Assembly (NCBI GenBank): GCA_013265495.1
Contig: MU058423.1
Span: 7,115,449-7,179,448 of the forward strand
DNA from: Vicugna vicugna
Lineage: Eukaryota
DNA: 64,000 nucleotides
Direction of reading: 5' to 3'
In this document: positions 29,644 through 44,777 of the stretch, piece after piece
Layout: each line of letters opens with the position of its first letter
Position numbering within the stretch: the stretch's first letter is position 1
Position numbers and translations under genes: made by a program
Notes under the pieces: generated by a model
The model's database searches: none
Seen by the model: only the letters and a program-made list of their open reading frames with translations
Told to the model about the DNA's origin: nothing

Positions 29644-30566
29644 TAGTTACTATGAAAAATAACATTTTTTTCTTAAGAATCCTAGATTTAATCTTTCAAA
29701 AATTAGATGTCAGATCTAAGGATAACATTTTCAAAGTTTCATACATCTTCCTTGTGTTCAAAAGTTTTATTTTAGAGGTTGAGAATTAGTATCTATCCCA
29801 TGAAATAATAAGTGGGATGTAAATAAGAAAAGGGACTATTAAGAACAACAGTGGTGAGAAAAAAAGCAGATGCCAAAATTGCTTCTCTATTTTTAAATGT
29901 ATCTGTTTTTAAATGTATATGTTTCTGAAATAAATGCAAAATTAATCAATTACTCATATACATTTAGCCCACGTGTCTTTGATATTGCAGAGTAAGACAG
30001 GAATGACCTGTATACATATTTGATGATCCTGTACCTCTCTATTTCTTTACTAACACATAAGTAAAATTCTAAGCTCTTGATTTTGAATGTGTAGCTGTGT
30101 TAAATGTTTGTACTTAATATATTTTCTAATATTATTGTGAAATGATATAATGAAATTTTTTAACCAGTGCTCTGATAATGCACATTTCAGCAGTTAGAAA
30201 ACTAGGAGAAAAATAAAGTACTTTTTGATTAACACGTAATTAAATTTTTATATATACCAGTGTATTTCCATTATCAGTTTATACTGGTGATATTTCAGAC
30301 AGAATTGATTTTGGGAATTAAAAATCCGGCTACAACATTCCTCAAAGTTCACTTGACTTTTGTTTGTCTCTGTACGAATCAATACTAGAGAGCAATATTA
30401 GTCAATAGAAAATAAGTAGCAAGCTTTTCTCATTTCAACAGTGACATTAAATGTTAGCACGTAATTACATTAAAGTAAAACTTAACAATAAGATGATGGT
30501 GATGACAATGCAGTGGCAGGTATGTCATACTAGAGATAAACTTTAATTCAAATCTTTCAAATACAG

Positions 30567-30620
30567 GGTGAAATCGGTGAACCAGGACAAAAAGGCAGCA
30601 AGGGGGACAAAGGAGAAAAT
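30567..30620 (+). CDS. COL11A1: COL11A1 exon (~44), 54 nt, GEIGEPGQKGSKGDKGEN
   Basis: atacag|GGT...AAT|gtgagt. Confidence 0.96.
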
Positions 30621-31673
30621 GTGAGTTACCTACTTTTAACTGAGGGGACATTTTTCATTTAACTCCTTTTACTACTAACCATAGATATTCTTCTATAGTA
30701 CTACTTACTCACCTATCCAAAGATAATGATATCAATACTACATCACATCTGCGGTAACTATTCAGTTTGAGATTCAGTCAGTTCTAATAAAACTTCTATT
30801 CAAAACGATGTGTTAGGAAATGCAATAATTTCAACCCTAAAAGATGCAGAATGAGACTAAAGCACCAGCAATTTTACCCTCCATCCGTTTTGCATCATCA
30901 TTTCAAGTATCATATGGTTTAAAGACAAATCATGTCTTAGTGTTGTTATGAAAAGAATTTTGGGCTAACCTGAAAGGGTCCCAGGTACCCCAGTGGTCCC
31001 TGAACCACCCTTCCAGAACCATTGCTTTAAGCACTCTCTCCAACGTGCGGCAGTTTTAAGAAAAAGAGCAACACCGTCCAGTGACTCTTTACTGTCTGGA
31101 TCTTTTATAGTTCCTGATCAGGTATTTGTGTAAAAAAACAAAAGACAGGTGAGAAGAAGTATTTATGCATGTGAGACTCTGGTATACCTAATATATAATG
31201 CTGTGCTCGCATGTGTTTACATACAAAGAAAATTCTGAGTTTTCATATATTAGTACACTCCGTCTGTATGGAATCCCCCACATCCTGTTTTTCATTTAGA
31301 GGATAGCATATAAATGAATTTTTCATGTGATCTTCCCAACCCATATTAAAGGAATCTGGTATTTTGAACATTTTCAAATGTGAAGCTTTGACATGATTTA
31401 TATTAGCATAGAAATCAATTTGTAAATAGCCACATTACAGATGAGTATGCTTTCAATAACTGCCAATTTAAAATTGATTGCAGGGATGCAAGTCTGAGTC
31501 TCAGGGAGTAAAATAAATAATGGTTGACTGCACTGAATGGAAAAAAGAAATTTTTTTTTTCCAAAGAAGTATAGAGATGCTTAATAGATTTTGATCAACC
31601 AAATGTTCTGCACTATATAATTGAGGCTTTTCTGGCTTCAGTTCCAAAATTACTGATTTTTATCTCACCGCAG

Positions 31674-31727
31674 GGTCCTCCCGGTCCCCCAGGTCTTCAA
31701 GGTCCAGTTGGTGCCCCTGGAATTGCT
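31674..31727 (+). CDS. COL11A1: COL11A1 exon (~45), 54 nt, GPPGPPGLQGPVGAPGIA
   Basis: caccgcag|GGT...GCT|gtaagt. Confidence 0.96.
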
Positions 31728-32066
31728 GTAAGTATTCCTCTATGTTCAGCACATCTAAATCCTTACTCTTCCTTGATGAAACTTATAAACTGTCACATAA
31801 CCAGTCGATTTCATGTGGTAATAAGTTGGTTTGTATGCTTAACACTGAATCAACTTTAAATTATCTAACAGAACTAACCAAGCTGATCTTTGAAGCAAAA
31901 AACACTATGACTTCATTTGGAAATAGATAATAACCAGTTGAGAAGTCCCTAATTTGTAGGAAATTCTGAACATAATTTTTCCCTTATTAGATAAGCTTTT
32001 TACTTCACTTGGTATACATGAAAAAGATCAGTCATATTCCAGAATCAAAAAAGTGTAAGCAAAACA

Positions 32067-32241
32067 CCCAGGACCTACTATATAGCAGAGGAAACCATAT
32101 TCATATCTTGTAATAATATATAATGGAAAAGAATCTGAAAAAGAATCTATCTATATATATATAAAACTGAATCACTTTGCTGTATGCCTGAAACTAACAC
32201 AACATTGTAAATCAACTATACTTCAATAAAAAAAGAAAAAA
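32067..32241 (+). mobile_element. 5'-truncated cetartiodactyl-type L1 3' end with poly(A) and TSD
   Basis: ggacctactatatagcagaggaaac...actgaatcactttgctgtatgcctgaaactaacacaacattgtaaatcaactatacttcaataaaa; exact 13-bp TSD TGTAAGCAAAACA at 32054-32066 and 32242-32254. Confidence 0.88.
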
Positions 32242-32423
32242 TGTAAGCAAAACAAACAATGGTATATTTGCAGCAGATAACGGCAGTTTAATCTACTCAC
32301 TTGGTTACTTATAAATAGACCAGCTTTGATTAAATTGGAAATCGCTGTTTTTTTTTTTTTATGATGTCTTGTATCAGAATCATGATCTTTCTAGTTTGTG
32401 ATTCTTTTCATTGCTCTTCTTAG

Positions 32424-32651
<228 letters not shown>

Positions 32652-35600
32652 TGAAGCATAATGACTGTTTTACTTAAACGTATATCTGAACTTTAAATGC
32701 TTTTTATCAGTTATTATGCATCAGCCTTGGTTTCTGTTTGGAGAGTTTATTTAGCCCCATCTTAGGTATAACACCACCTTTCTTCATTCCCACTGTATTT
32801 GAAAAATAAAACTACAATCTTCTTTAAGCGTGATAATTAAAAGTAAGATGTTAAAAGGGTTCTTTCATATTTCTCATAGCAGGAAAATTAGTACTAGTAC
32901 TCCAGATGGCTAGCAAAAATTAAAAGCCTTTTGAGAAATAGCAGACTGTCAATCAAAACTACCAACAGAAACTGCCAACAGCATATGTTAAACAATAGTG
33001 GGTAAAATAAACAAATTAACAGTAAATTGGTCATTTAAAATTACTTATTAAATTTAATATTATAATTTATATTTTATGAAGCATATTCAGGAGATGAAAT
33101 AATAAATTGTAAAACATTGAAAGCTAAGAAATTTTCTTTCAGAAAAACCTTACAATTGGATTCTTAGATAAACCATTGCATAGTAGTCATCTCCTGTTCT
33201 GAGTGATTTTTCCACCCTTCCATGTGGTGTGGACTCCTTCTTAGAAACTTTATTCTTTATTCTTCCACTTGCTTATTTGATACCTACTTAGTGATCGTCT
33301 AAAAAATTACAAATTTTTGTTTTAAACGATCTTTGAGTGCCATATGATATTGGTCATGCCATACTGGCAATTTTAGAAATGGTTAAATTAAATCATCTAG
33401 TTCATTCTCCTTAAAATTTTGTGAAGTTGTAGAGAAGTAAATAGAAGTTGAATTTATATAAATTTAATTTTGACCTTTATTTTCATAACTAAAGTCATAG
33501 AATAGTGGTTTTTAATATTAAATAGCTTATGTACATATTTGTACAAATTATATTATAAAAATATAATTATAGTATCATAACAATTATTGTTACAACACTC
33601 AATGGATGTCTACCAGAGAACATATAATTTTCCACTTTTCTTTTAATGTCAAAATAATTATTTTTCAATTTGGAAAATGTAAAAATTTCATTTTCATTTT
33701 TGTGTTTAACTCTTTTATACGTATTAGACAATAACAAATAAGCAATCATGAGTACTACATGTCAATATGTATGAGAAGCACACATATTTGAAAACAACAG
33801 GCATTAAAATTACATTGCCACTGGATATATTACCACTCATTTGCTGGTTTTTAGTTTAATTGGCTACTCTGAATTCTATAATATTGTAATTTAGAAATCT
33901 ACTTCTCATGATTTAAAAAAAGATGCCTTAATAGCTTATATTTACAAAATATTAAATTTAAAAAGTCTCCATTTCCACAGAGTAAGAAATGTGCTCTTTG
34001 ATGAAGGTGATTCAAGGAATCAGTTCACAAAAAATTGGTTATATTTTCCCACAGCTGTTATCTCTTTAAATCAGGAATCTGAAAAGATGCTAATGTAATT
34101 AACATGTTCACAATCACATCTGCATCCTTTAATTGAACCTTCATGGCAGAATAGATGTTAGCGATTATAATAGACATAAATAATAATAATCTAATATATC
34201 TCGTTAAAGGACTTGATGTTTCAATTTGATGTTACTATTTGTCTGCATAGGAAAGAGACATATAGAATGAGAGTTCTTGGCCTGAATTCATTTTTTTTCA
34301 TTTTATCACTTAAGTGGTAAATAATTTTAAATTGACAGACCTTAAAACAGAGTCTCTCCATGCATCAATTACTCCCTAGGAGAAAGCTAGGACATAGAAA
34401 ACTGACTAACAGTGGCGTGCTGCTTTGCACATTTAGTTCCTGTGTCAAGAGGAGTTGACTCGTTAAGTTTCTATTAATTTTAATAATAAGAATATTCTGT
34501 TTTAATTTGAACTATAGTAAAACTTCATCAAAAATAAATAAGTATTTCAATGTTTTCCTATTGGGAAATTTCTATTGGACTAATATTAGGAATAACCATA
34601 TGCATAAATCAAAGGATGGCAATGCAGAACTGGGCTTGTTACAGAAAAAAAACACAACTATGGACGAATATTTATGTACCATTCAATTTGGAGATCCCCA
34701 AGCAGAAGTACTCAGTATTGAAAGTGGAGGAAACCTGGACAAAAGATAAGGAATGTGATTGTTAATTTATTTAGTGTCTATAAGAACTTAATAATACTTA
34801 AGTTCTAAAGCATACTACTTAAGGAAATGAACTTGAAATATTTATTTCATCTGTGTTAGATCTACTTGCCTGTTTAAGAATTTAAGTTCATGTGGTGCAT
34901 CAATGAATTAGAATCTCTTAGATTTTGGATCTTGGAGTCTAAAAGTTTAGCAATTCCTTTCAGATAATTTTTAGGCAGGCTAAAATCCAATACACTGCCT
35001 GGCTATTTCCTCCCAGGAACTTCTCTAGTAATTCTAGAAATTAGCGTCAGATGATGATAACTATTTGGAAATTACACATGACAGGCTATTTTCCTGGACA
35101 TCTAACTGCCATATGGGAAAAAAATAAATGAAATTCTGGTATATGTTGTCCATCATAAATCAGTAATTAAGATTTCCTTATAAAGATGAATAGATGGAAC
35201 TTTTTTAAATTTCACAAATATACTCAGTAAAGTTCGCTCTCTCCAAACTGAGAATCATATGAAACTGGTAAAAACAAAACAATTTAGTGGGTTATTACCA
35301 GCATTTAAAAAATGAAATACAACAGGATAAGTTAAAACAGAATAAAAATATCAAAGATCATCATCTACCTGTTAAAGGTAAGTATTACCTTTTGAAACTC
35401 ATGGTTCAACTATTTTGCATGTGCATGTTTACTAGGTAAGATGTAAAATATATTTATCACTATGGGTCTTGGTCAAATAATTTGCAGCCACAATGTTTAG
35501 GGCCAACTCAATAATTTTACTAAAATACCAGTAGAAATGTAGCACTTTTGTATTGTGTATTTTTTATTTCTTATATAGATATCTGAAATACTATTACATA

Positions 35601-36894
35601 AACATTAAAATATGTATAAAATGCATGATTTATATAGGTAATAACACTAAAAATATTTTAAAATTAAAACAATCCATAATTCGACCATATTAAAACCTAT
35701 TACCACTTTTATTATTTCTGTCCAATAATCATACCTATTTTAATACGTTTTTTACAGTTAAATTTATAGTATGAACATTCATTTCTATTTGTATTTTATT
35801 ATTTATCATACATACTATTCATATTTAAAGTATTAGTATCATAATTGTAGTCCTATTATATTCCATTAGTTTATATAACCAAATTTATGTTTTCTGATTA
35901 AACATCTGGAATAATGCAGGATTTTGACTATCATAGCTAGTGTTACAAGAAGCACTTTATTGCATGTAGCTTTTCCTGTTGATTTATTTTCTTAGAATTC
36001 ATTTATTCATCATTAGTTCAACATTTGATTAAAATCCCAGGTTTTACTTGGCCTTCTGTTAGTTGTTTGAGGTAAAAAATTGGCCTGAACAAGTGGTATA
36101 ATTGCAGTTTTAAGTGTGCAATTCAATCAAGTATATATAGAGTACTGTGATATAAAAGAGGAAATATAAGCAACTCTGCACAGGGAAACTAGTCAGGAAG
36201 ATCAAGAGGAAGTCAAATAATTTTTCCATGAAGGCATAACCAGGGAAAACTTAAGTGCAGCTACTCTGAGTTTATTTGGTAGCACAGAACTTCTAAAACA
36301 ATTACACTGCAAATGAATAGAAAGGAAATGGATTTGGGAGAATAAAGGAAGTATAAGGTATCGGGTCTCATGACCTTATGCGTTTTTAACATTCAGAAGT
36401 GGAATTCACAGCTCAAGAATTCAGGAGATATTTGTAACCCTGGACATATATTGGATGGAATATTCATTTTTGAAAGAGTTTTTGTCAAACTGTACCTAAC
36501 TATAAAGTCCTCACCTGGATAAGGTGTTCTAAAATAACTTTGGACAAGATTTTTCAGAAAAAGTTTTACAATGGTAGTTCCATTTACTACTTATAAAATA
36601 TGGAGCAATGATTAGGTTTACAAATTCCAAAACCGAATTACGCACTTAGTTCTTGCAACTGAAATCAACCAGTAGTATTATACAAAGAATAAAATTTGTG
36701 AATGTAGATGTGAGATTCCATAATCTGTAGTCAATATTTGCATTATAAGTATTTTGATAAATGACAGTCTGTGAATCCTAATTTCCATGTTTTTATTTAA
36801 CTTTGTATTTAATTTTTAGTTTTACATTAGAAATTGGCCATTTAAAAAATATATATAAATGACTTTTATTGTTCTTCTATTACATTTTCTTTAG

Positions 36895-36984
<90 letters not shown>

Positions 36985-38539
36985 TAAATTTCCACACTAC
37001 TGATATCTTTCTTAAGGTTTATTGATATGAACAATGTAGTCCTAAAGGCTATGACTTTTCAGATTGAAGCCTCTCTATTCCTGACCCAGACCTGCGTCTG
37101 CAACTGTTGGAATCTCTCTCATCATCTCAAATATTTCTCTATCTTTTCTCTTTCTCACTTTAGAATAGTGTTATGTTTATATACATGGCATTATTTGGTT
37201 GATATATTGTTATATATTTTTATTGCATGTACATTGTTGAGGTGTATATAAATTGCCACACTTCAGTTACTTATTAGTCTTTAGCTCTGGAATTTGACGT
37301 GAAACAGGTAAACATTAAATAATAGTTACCCAGGATTTGGCTAATTAGCGAATGTTAACACAGTATTAAAAATTAATTGTACTTTGAAACAAATTCTTAA
37401 TTTAATAAGGAATTCTGTCTTAATCAGAATGCTATGACATAAAAATTTGCATTTATTGATTCCCCTTTCTGCTCTAAGTTTAAGTCTAATATTTCAACTG
37501 AAAATTTGAAATACATGTGTTTGTTGATTAAGCACTACTTTGAATAGGAAACAGTTAATCAAGGTCATTGAAATCCATAATGAAATGTAATAAATAAATT
37601 TCCTAATTGTTCTTTCCCTTCAGTAAACATTGCTTCCAACTTTTGCTTCCTTCAGAATACATATTTTGATATTTTTATACTTGCATGTTAGATTTTATTT
37701 TCTGCAAATAAGCAATTATTCTTATCATTACAATAAACTTAAAAATAGGGAACATAATAATTATTGCTGATTCGCATAACTCATAAATACCCCAACAGCA
37801 TCAGTTACATAGCAAGTACCTCTCTAAATATGATTGCTGTGGTTCCCTGAATCATTCATTGAATTAATGTTTCTCCCTGACGTGTGATAATAGCAAATAG
37901 TAGAGAAGCGTGTTAATCGTGATATTAGAATAATTTTTAAAAAGTCCATAATGCCCTGGGATTCACTACAGACTCATTTAATCACAACCTTGAGGTGAAA
38001 GAGATGCTGGTTATCAGTATTTTATAAAAAGCTCCCCAGGATAATTTTAGTTCATAACCAAGAGAGAGAACCTTTGTTTTAGGAAGACAACGAAATAGTT
38101 AATCTTATTCCGTCCTAGCATGTGTAACATGAGAACTGACATAAAAAACCAAAAATACACAAATAAAAAATACAGAGTTAATGAATCCTAAATCTACTCA
38201 AGCACCACTTCTTTTTCCAACTTTATGTTCCTTTTATACGCTAGCATTCTAGCGTGTTCTGGCATAAAATATTTCTAGTTGTATTATGAATTCGTTGTAC
38301 CAAAGAGTAACAATAGACTTTTCTGATTTTTAATTAAATTGTTCTTCCTGCAGCTCCAGTTGTAAAGAATCACTTGCTAACATGATGTTGTATCCGTCAA
38401 GAATGACTTATAACCCTGATTTGCTTCACTGACTGATTTTATAGGCTGAAACATTCTTTTAGTTTTCTCAAGCACAAAATGCAAGTATCATAATGCACTT
38501 GAATTTGGTCTTCATAAACCTTAATATCATCTCTTACAG

Positions 38540-38593
38540 GGTCCACCTGGTCCTCCAGGCCCAAGAGGCCCTCAAGGTCCCAACGGAGCTGAT
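38540..38593 (+). CDS. COL11A1: COL11A1 exon (~48), 54 nt, GPPGPPGPRGPQGPNGAD
   Basis: cttacag|GGT...GAT|gtaaga. Confidence 0.96.
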
Positions 38594-39817
38594 GTAAGAC
38601 TGTGAAATATGTTAATTATTTTGAAGTTATGTAGATTTTATTCAATGGCAGGTGGTGTCTAAGATACAGTGGAGATAATTACACCACTGTTAAACGTTTA
38701 AGTGAACAAGAGCTCAAGGATCATTTACTCAGTCCATTTTATTTTACAGGAAAAGAAGCAGGCTTTGTAGGGGGCTAGTCCCCACAAATACAATATTGGT
38801 ACAAAGTTTACATTCAGTATATGTTTATTGCTGAGTAGGAATTATTAGCTATAAGAAACGCATTGCTCAGTTCAACATATTGTCTTGCATATAATAGCTG
38901 TTCAATGTTACTGAATTGTTTCAAATTTAACCTTTATCTTTTACAATTGCTTGAGAAGATGGTTTAGAATTGGCTTTGATTGTACTAGCCTAGGTCTGTA
39001 CTCCAAACATCCCAAACTTATGCATGTTATCTAAAAGCTTTGCATTTTGTATTTTCCTTCTATGTCAGAGTAATATGTGTATGAAATACGTGCACCTCTT
39101 ACCATATAAAAATGTTTCCTCTGAATATAAAGGTGATCTCCCCTAAACTTAATTATTGACTCACTGTTCCAATATTACAGGATTTGAAATGTAGTGCCAT
39201 ATTTATCTTATTAACAAATTTATAGGTTTTCATGTTCTCTTTCCATTTGATGTTCCCTTTTCACAATGAACAAGTCATTTATTCTTGTCTTTATGCTATC
39301 CTATCATTCCTGCTTTTAATTCTGGCAGGCCAGAACTGGGTAAAATAGACTAGAAACAGATATACTGAAAATGCTTTGGGTTTTAATTCTCCCTAAGTAA
39401 TTTAAAGGCTAAGAGATGGTTTATACTGCTTTTTCCATGGATTACGTAGTATTTAACCAGAGTCGTATTTTGATCCACTAAAAAATATCGACAAAATCGT
39501 TCTCTAAATCTGATCTATTCAGTAGGCAGAGAGATTGAACTTATGTTCCAAGTGTCAACTGACATGACTAGAGTTAGAAAGTCTCCTGCCTTATATCCAA
39601 AATTCTGGTGAATTTGAAAATCAACTTCTTACAATTAAATTATTTGCTATCCAGTAAATTTGACAACTCAGTAAAGTTCATCATTTGTCCCATCTTTCAA
39701 ATGACCTGAAATATTCTTGCATGTGTTTTTCTCTCTTTGAGAACAACTGGTATATATTTATGAATTTATATTTTTTATTAGAGTAAAGATAATTACATTC
39801 CTTTTCCTACACTACAG

Positions 39818-39871
39818 GGACCACAAGGACCTCCAGGATCCATTGGTTCAGTTGGTGGTGTTGGAGAAAAG
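39818..39871 (+). CDS. COL11A1: COL11A1 exon (~49), 54 nt, GPQGPPGSIGSVGGVGEK
   Basis: actacag|GGA...AAG|gtaagg. Confidence 0.96.
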
Positions 39872-40029
39872 GTAAGGAATGCAGTGATAGTTTGAAACAG
39901 CAAGACTTTGATAATGTTAGCTAGTACTTTAAGCGCTTCTAATATTTTACACACAGTCGTATGAATCACCGCTCATCTGCTCTACTAGTCAAATAATTAA
40001 AGGTAAGGTGATTTTGAGATATCACATTT

Positions 40030-40240
40030 TTGATTGCCATGTATTGTGCTGAGTGGTGTACATGGATTATTTCCTTTAATCAACCCAACCACCCCATGAT
40101 GATGGTACTGTTATTATTATTATCCACATTTTTAGGCTGAGTGAGTTGAATCTTAGAGAATTTCAGTAATTTCACCAAAGTTCTATCATTAGAAAGTGAC
40201 TAAATCAGGATCCATTCCACCCAGGTATGTTTGATTAGAC
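40030..40240 (-). mobile_element. MIR SINE
   Basis: tattatccacatttttaggctgagtgagttgaatcttagagaatttcagtaatttcaccaaag core. Confidence 0.6.
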
Positions 40241-41837
40241 TGTCCCTAGTATCATGTGTTACAGACAATAGGAGAGACCAGATGACTTAAAGGGAAGAAA
40301 AGACTCCTTCACATTCCAAAAGAATTAATCATTCGTTTTTGTCATATTTGGAGTCATATTTTCATTGCCAAAATTGTGACCTGTCTTTGGCACTTTTCAG
40401 AATAGCTGGCATGTGCCATAATATCTGGGCTTAGAATAGCTTCCTTTTTTCATGAATGTGATTTTATTTAAAATACCTGCTCTTACTTTTTATGAAAATG
40501 TCAGATGGTTCTCTGATTAATTATTTATGCATTCATTTTCTTTTCTTGAGAGAATTTTCAAGAAAATTAACATTGATATTTGCTTTATTTAAAAAATAAA
40601 TTACTTGCCCATTTTGAGGAATAAAAATTGAATTTCATACCATATATTACACAGTAAAAAAATGTAGAAATATCCTGAGTTTGCTTCAGTTTAATTAATA
40701 AATGTAAGTGCAGATTTATCCTAATCTTAAGAATGATTGTGTTGTTTAGTCTCAAAATTTTTTGACATATCATATCTTGTATTCACTTATCTTAGTCAAA
40801 GGATTTAGCCCTCAGAAAAGGAAATACAGTAGGTTTAGAATATACTATTTGATGTTTATTTCTTCTCAACATCCACATTCTAGTATTTTGATTATAATTA
40901 ATTTTATAGGATTAACTAGCTTCTTAATTACTAAATTATAAATATTTGGAAGTTAGTATCCAATTCTTACTGCTTAAACAGTCCAGTTTTTTTTTATTGA
41001 CCAGCTCTTTGTTTATATTCTTAAATTTAAAATTTGGTTTTGAAAATACAGAAAAGTTGAGTGTGGAATTGAAAGAACTTGCTTGTTGAGTTCAGCTGTC
41101 ATAGGAAGAATAGCAGAAGAGAGGACCGGTCTCTGATGGTATCACAGTGTAGATGGAAGAAGGTAGCCCACACCTTTCAAGTTCCTTTTGCATCAGCCCC
41201 TTTTGACTCGAGTGCTGACCAGATGGTTGTGAGAACTAGTCTGTTTCCTACGTAGCAAATTCTAAAACCATTTAATAGCCTTTCAGCTTATCTTGCTTGT
41301 TCCCTAAAGCTTTGGGGTGCAGTGGGAACAGTTTTAAGTACTTCAGTTGCTTCTTTTATGGTTTTATTTTCTGTGTTGTTCTTGAAGATAAACATGGATG
41401 CTAGACGTTCGGAGTTTGGGGAAACTCTCTTTCCATACTGTTTCCATTTGTTTAAAGCCTAGCTGATGATACCGTGTCAATTCTGAACCTTAATGGAATG
41501 ATTCAATCAATCAAGATGGTGTTTGACTTCTTACAATTAGAACATACCTGATTCTAAATTTTTATACTAAAAAATAGAGTTTTATTTTTTCTCTAAAAAT
41601 TTTTATGTGACTGCAGGATAGAAATAAAACTCTAATTTTAATTTTTCTTCAGAATCTGGGGTAATATACTTTGATGTGGATTATAGATTTCTGACATCAG
41701 CTCTGATTCTGTTTGAATATATACCCATTTCTATTTTGGAAAATTTATTCCTAGTCACTAATTCAATGATAAAAAGAGAAAAAAAGCTAAAATGCTTTAG
41801 TCATGATGTACTTTGCTTAGATATGTGTTTTCCATTT

Positions 41838-41892
41838 TATATATATGTATATATACACACACATATATATATATTTATATTTATATATATAT
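41838..41892. repeat. (TA)n/(CA)n compound microsatellite
   Basis: atatatgtatatatacacacacatatatatatatttatatttatatatat. Confidence 0.75.
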
Positions 41893-42661
41893 TTGCTATT
41901 GATGGATTTTTACGTCAATACTTTCCTCAAAGCAAGGAAATATATTAGACCTTAACCTAAGAATGTGTATTTTATGATTTTAGGCATACAGAGTAATTTG
42001 CCATCCAATGTGAAGGAAGCTTTGATCTTAACAAATGTGTTATAGAATGGGGTAAAATGGTTGCATGATAAGTAACAATGAATTTATGATTTAGCACATC
42101 CTTCATATGCCAGTGCTCTTCATAGAATTTATATTATTGTAGATCAATTATTATTATTATGAATAAATATGCAGTAGTCTTTGATACTAGAAATAAAGAT
42201 TTAATTCATATAATGCAGTCTTGCTGCAGTGTTTTATTTCTTTACTCGTGATTTTGTCCCATCTCCTTTCAAAAGATTTAAAATGGGACCTTTTAAGGTA
42301 ATATTAATTAGAAGTAATTGCCATTTATATTGTGCACACTTATCTCTAATACACAAAATGGTAATTATCACATATATTTTGGGCAAATGAATATTAATGA
42401 ATTACTCTCAAAAGGAGGAGACTATCTCTTCTATTATATTGTATCCCTCATTTAAAAAAAAAGACAATTTTTTCAGAATCTAGTTTAACTTTATAGTAAA
42501 AAGAGATTAAAGGGGAATAACAGAATACACAGAACAACAAAAAAAAACCCACAAAATATACAACTATTTCTCCTCTAGTTCCAACTTCTGTGATATCACC
42601 GTGGGTTAATGTGGTACACAAAAAATGTTTTGTACATAGTCAATAAGTTTCCTGTATTTCC

Positions 42662-43075
42662 TTTTTCCTAACTTTATTGTGAAGTATAATTCACAAACAA
42701 AATTGTGTATTTCTAAGATGTACAATTGATGTTTCAATGCATGTATACATTGTGAAATAATCACCACTCAAGCCAATTAACTTACTTATCAACTCACAGT
42801 TGTTTTTTTTTTTTTTGGATTGTGTGATGGAGAACACTTAAGATCTACCCTGTTAGCAAATTTCAAGCACACGATACAATATTGTTAACTATAGTCACAC
42901 TGCTGTATATTAGATCTCCACAACTTATCCATCTTGAGTATCTGAAATTTTGTACCTTTTGACCAACATCTACCCACAGCCCCCATTCTCCAATTCTTGG
43001 TGACCACCATTCTACTCTCTGCTTGTATGAGTTTGGCTATTTTAAATTCCACATCTAAGTGAGGTTATGCAGTAT
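42662..43075 (-). mobile_element. L1MA-type LINE-1 3' end
   Basis: actttattgtgaagtataattcacaaacaaaattg...agaacacttaagatctaccctgttagcaaatttcaag...gttaactatagtcac...ccaccattctactctctgc. Confidence 0.82.
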
Positions 43076-44384
43076 ACTATATCTATTCCAAAGAATCAAA
43101 TATGGACATTTTATAGTTGATTTGAATGGCAAACTGCTTAAGTTTTTTCTTCAAAGATGTCAATAATGGTTCATAAAAATATCACTTACATCCATCATAC
43201 TGAGATTCATTGCTTTGAAAATAATGTAAATGCAGTATTTTACTTGTAAAGTTTATTCAAGGTAATTGAAAATATTTGCTACTCACCTTGAGAGAGAAAA
43301 TAATTTACATACAACAGTAATACTAATAAATTCCTAGAAAGTACTTGTTGTCATCCATCATTATACAGATAATTCAAAAAGTTAAAATATGTGCATATTC
43401 TCAAAGAGTAAAAACTGATATACACAAAATAGTCTCTCCCCTGGAATTATGTTTATATTTAATATAATACATTTCAAACCAATTTATGAGCAAAAGATTT
43501 GTGCCAGAAATATTGGAAATAGCTGAGCTAAAAATTAAACGAAATTCAGGTCTCACGTGTTAAAAAATTTAGAACAATTTTCACTTTAGCGTTTCCAGTA
43601 TAGCTGATTTTGTAGAGAAACATGGTGCATGAATGTACTGTCCGTCTTCACTTGGATGATTACTTGAATGGAATATGTTTGTATGCATTTCTAAGGGTGA
43701 AAAGTTAGTAACAGACTTGCGTAACTAAAACCTTCTAGTCTAGGAGGTTCATTTATTAATCCACTGAGTCAGAAAATAGCCATCCATATGTACACAGGGA
43801 GACCATAATCATAATACATGTATATCCTCAAAAGGAGCAGTTTTTATTAGTATCTAAGTACCTTTATGTATCTTATAAGTAGTCTTTTTGTATTTATTTA
43901 TAGCTTTAGACCTCATTAGGCCTCTACTAAATATATTTTATAGAATTATCAAAATACTATCAAATTATTTGCTTATTATAATCAAGATAAGTTCATATTT
44001 TAGTAAAAAATTATATTATTTAACCCATAAACGTAATTGTAATATAAATATTGATGCAACACAAGTATACAATTTTTAGGAAACATGCAAATGTCTGTTT
44101 TGTGTGGTTTGGTGGTAACTTGGGTTAATGCTCCAGCTGTTAACTAAACTGATGAGAACTGTAGCATCTAGCTTATCCAGTTGTGTCTCCTCACCTGAGA
44201 AATAAAAGTATTAACGTCAGTAATAGGAAAAGTTCCTTCTTTTTATCAGAGTCGTCCACTGCCTTTTAAACAATATCATGAGTTAAGGGCTAGTTTAAAA
44301 TGTCATGGTCGTCATTGAAGGCATTTTTAGAAACGTAAGACATCATTTCTGTGTTCTGATACTCATGTGATCTCTTCTTTATAG

Positions 44385-44438
44385 GGTGAACCTGGGGACG
44401 CGGGGAACCCAGGGCCTCCTGGAGAAGCAGGCCCAGGC
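44385..44438 (+). CDS. COL11A1: COL11A1 exon (~50), 54 nt, GEPGDAGNPGPPGEAGPG
   Basis: tttatag|GGT...GGC|gtaagt. Confidence 0.96.
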
Positions 44439-44777
44439 GTAAGTGCTATCTTGTTGTCAGTGTAGTGCGTTATGGTTCAGATATTTCGGAGTATTTTAGA
44501 CATGTAACTTAACTCCTAGCTGTGAGTCAGTTATTTGCTTTCCTTTTCCATTTCGTTAAGAGTCATCACAACTGCAGAGCCTTTTTAGTTAATAATTTTG
44601 CCTATCCTCTGCATATTTTCATTCACATAAAAATTGAAATAAGTCACATTTGAGTAAGTTAGAACAGTAAAACTCTGAGCTGTTTATTGCATACATATAT
44701 TTTTGGTGGACTGTCCACACAGGAAACAAACCAACCCTGCTATATCAAATAGACATTTATGAATTGTATTAGAACTG

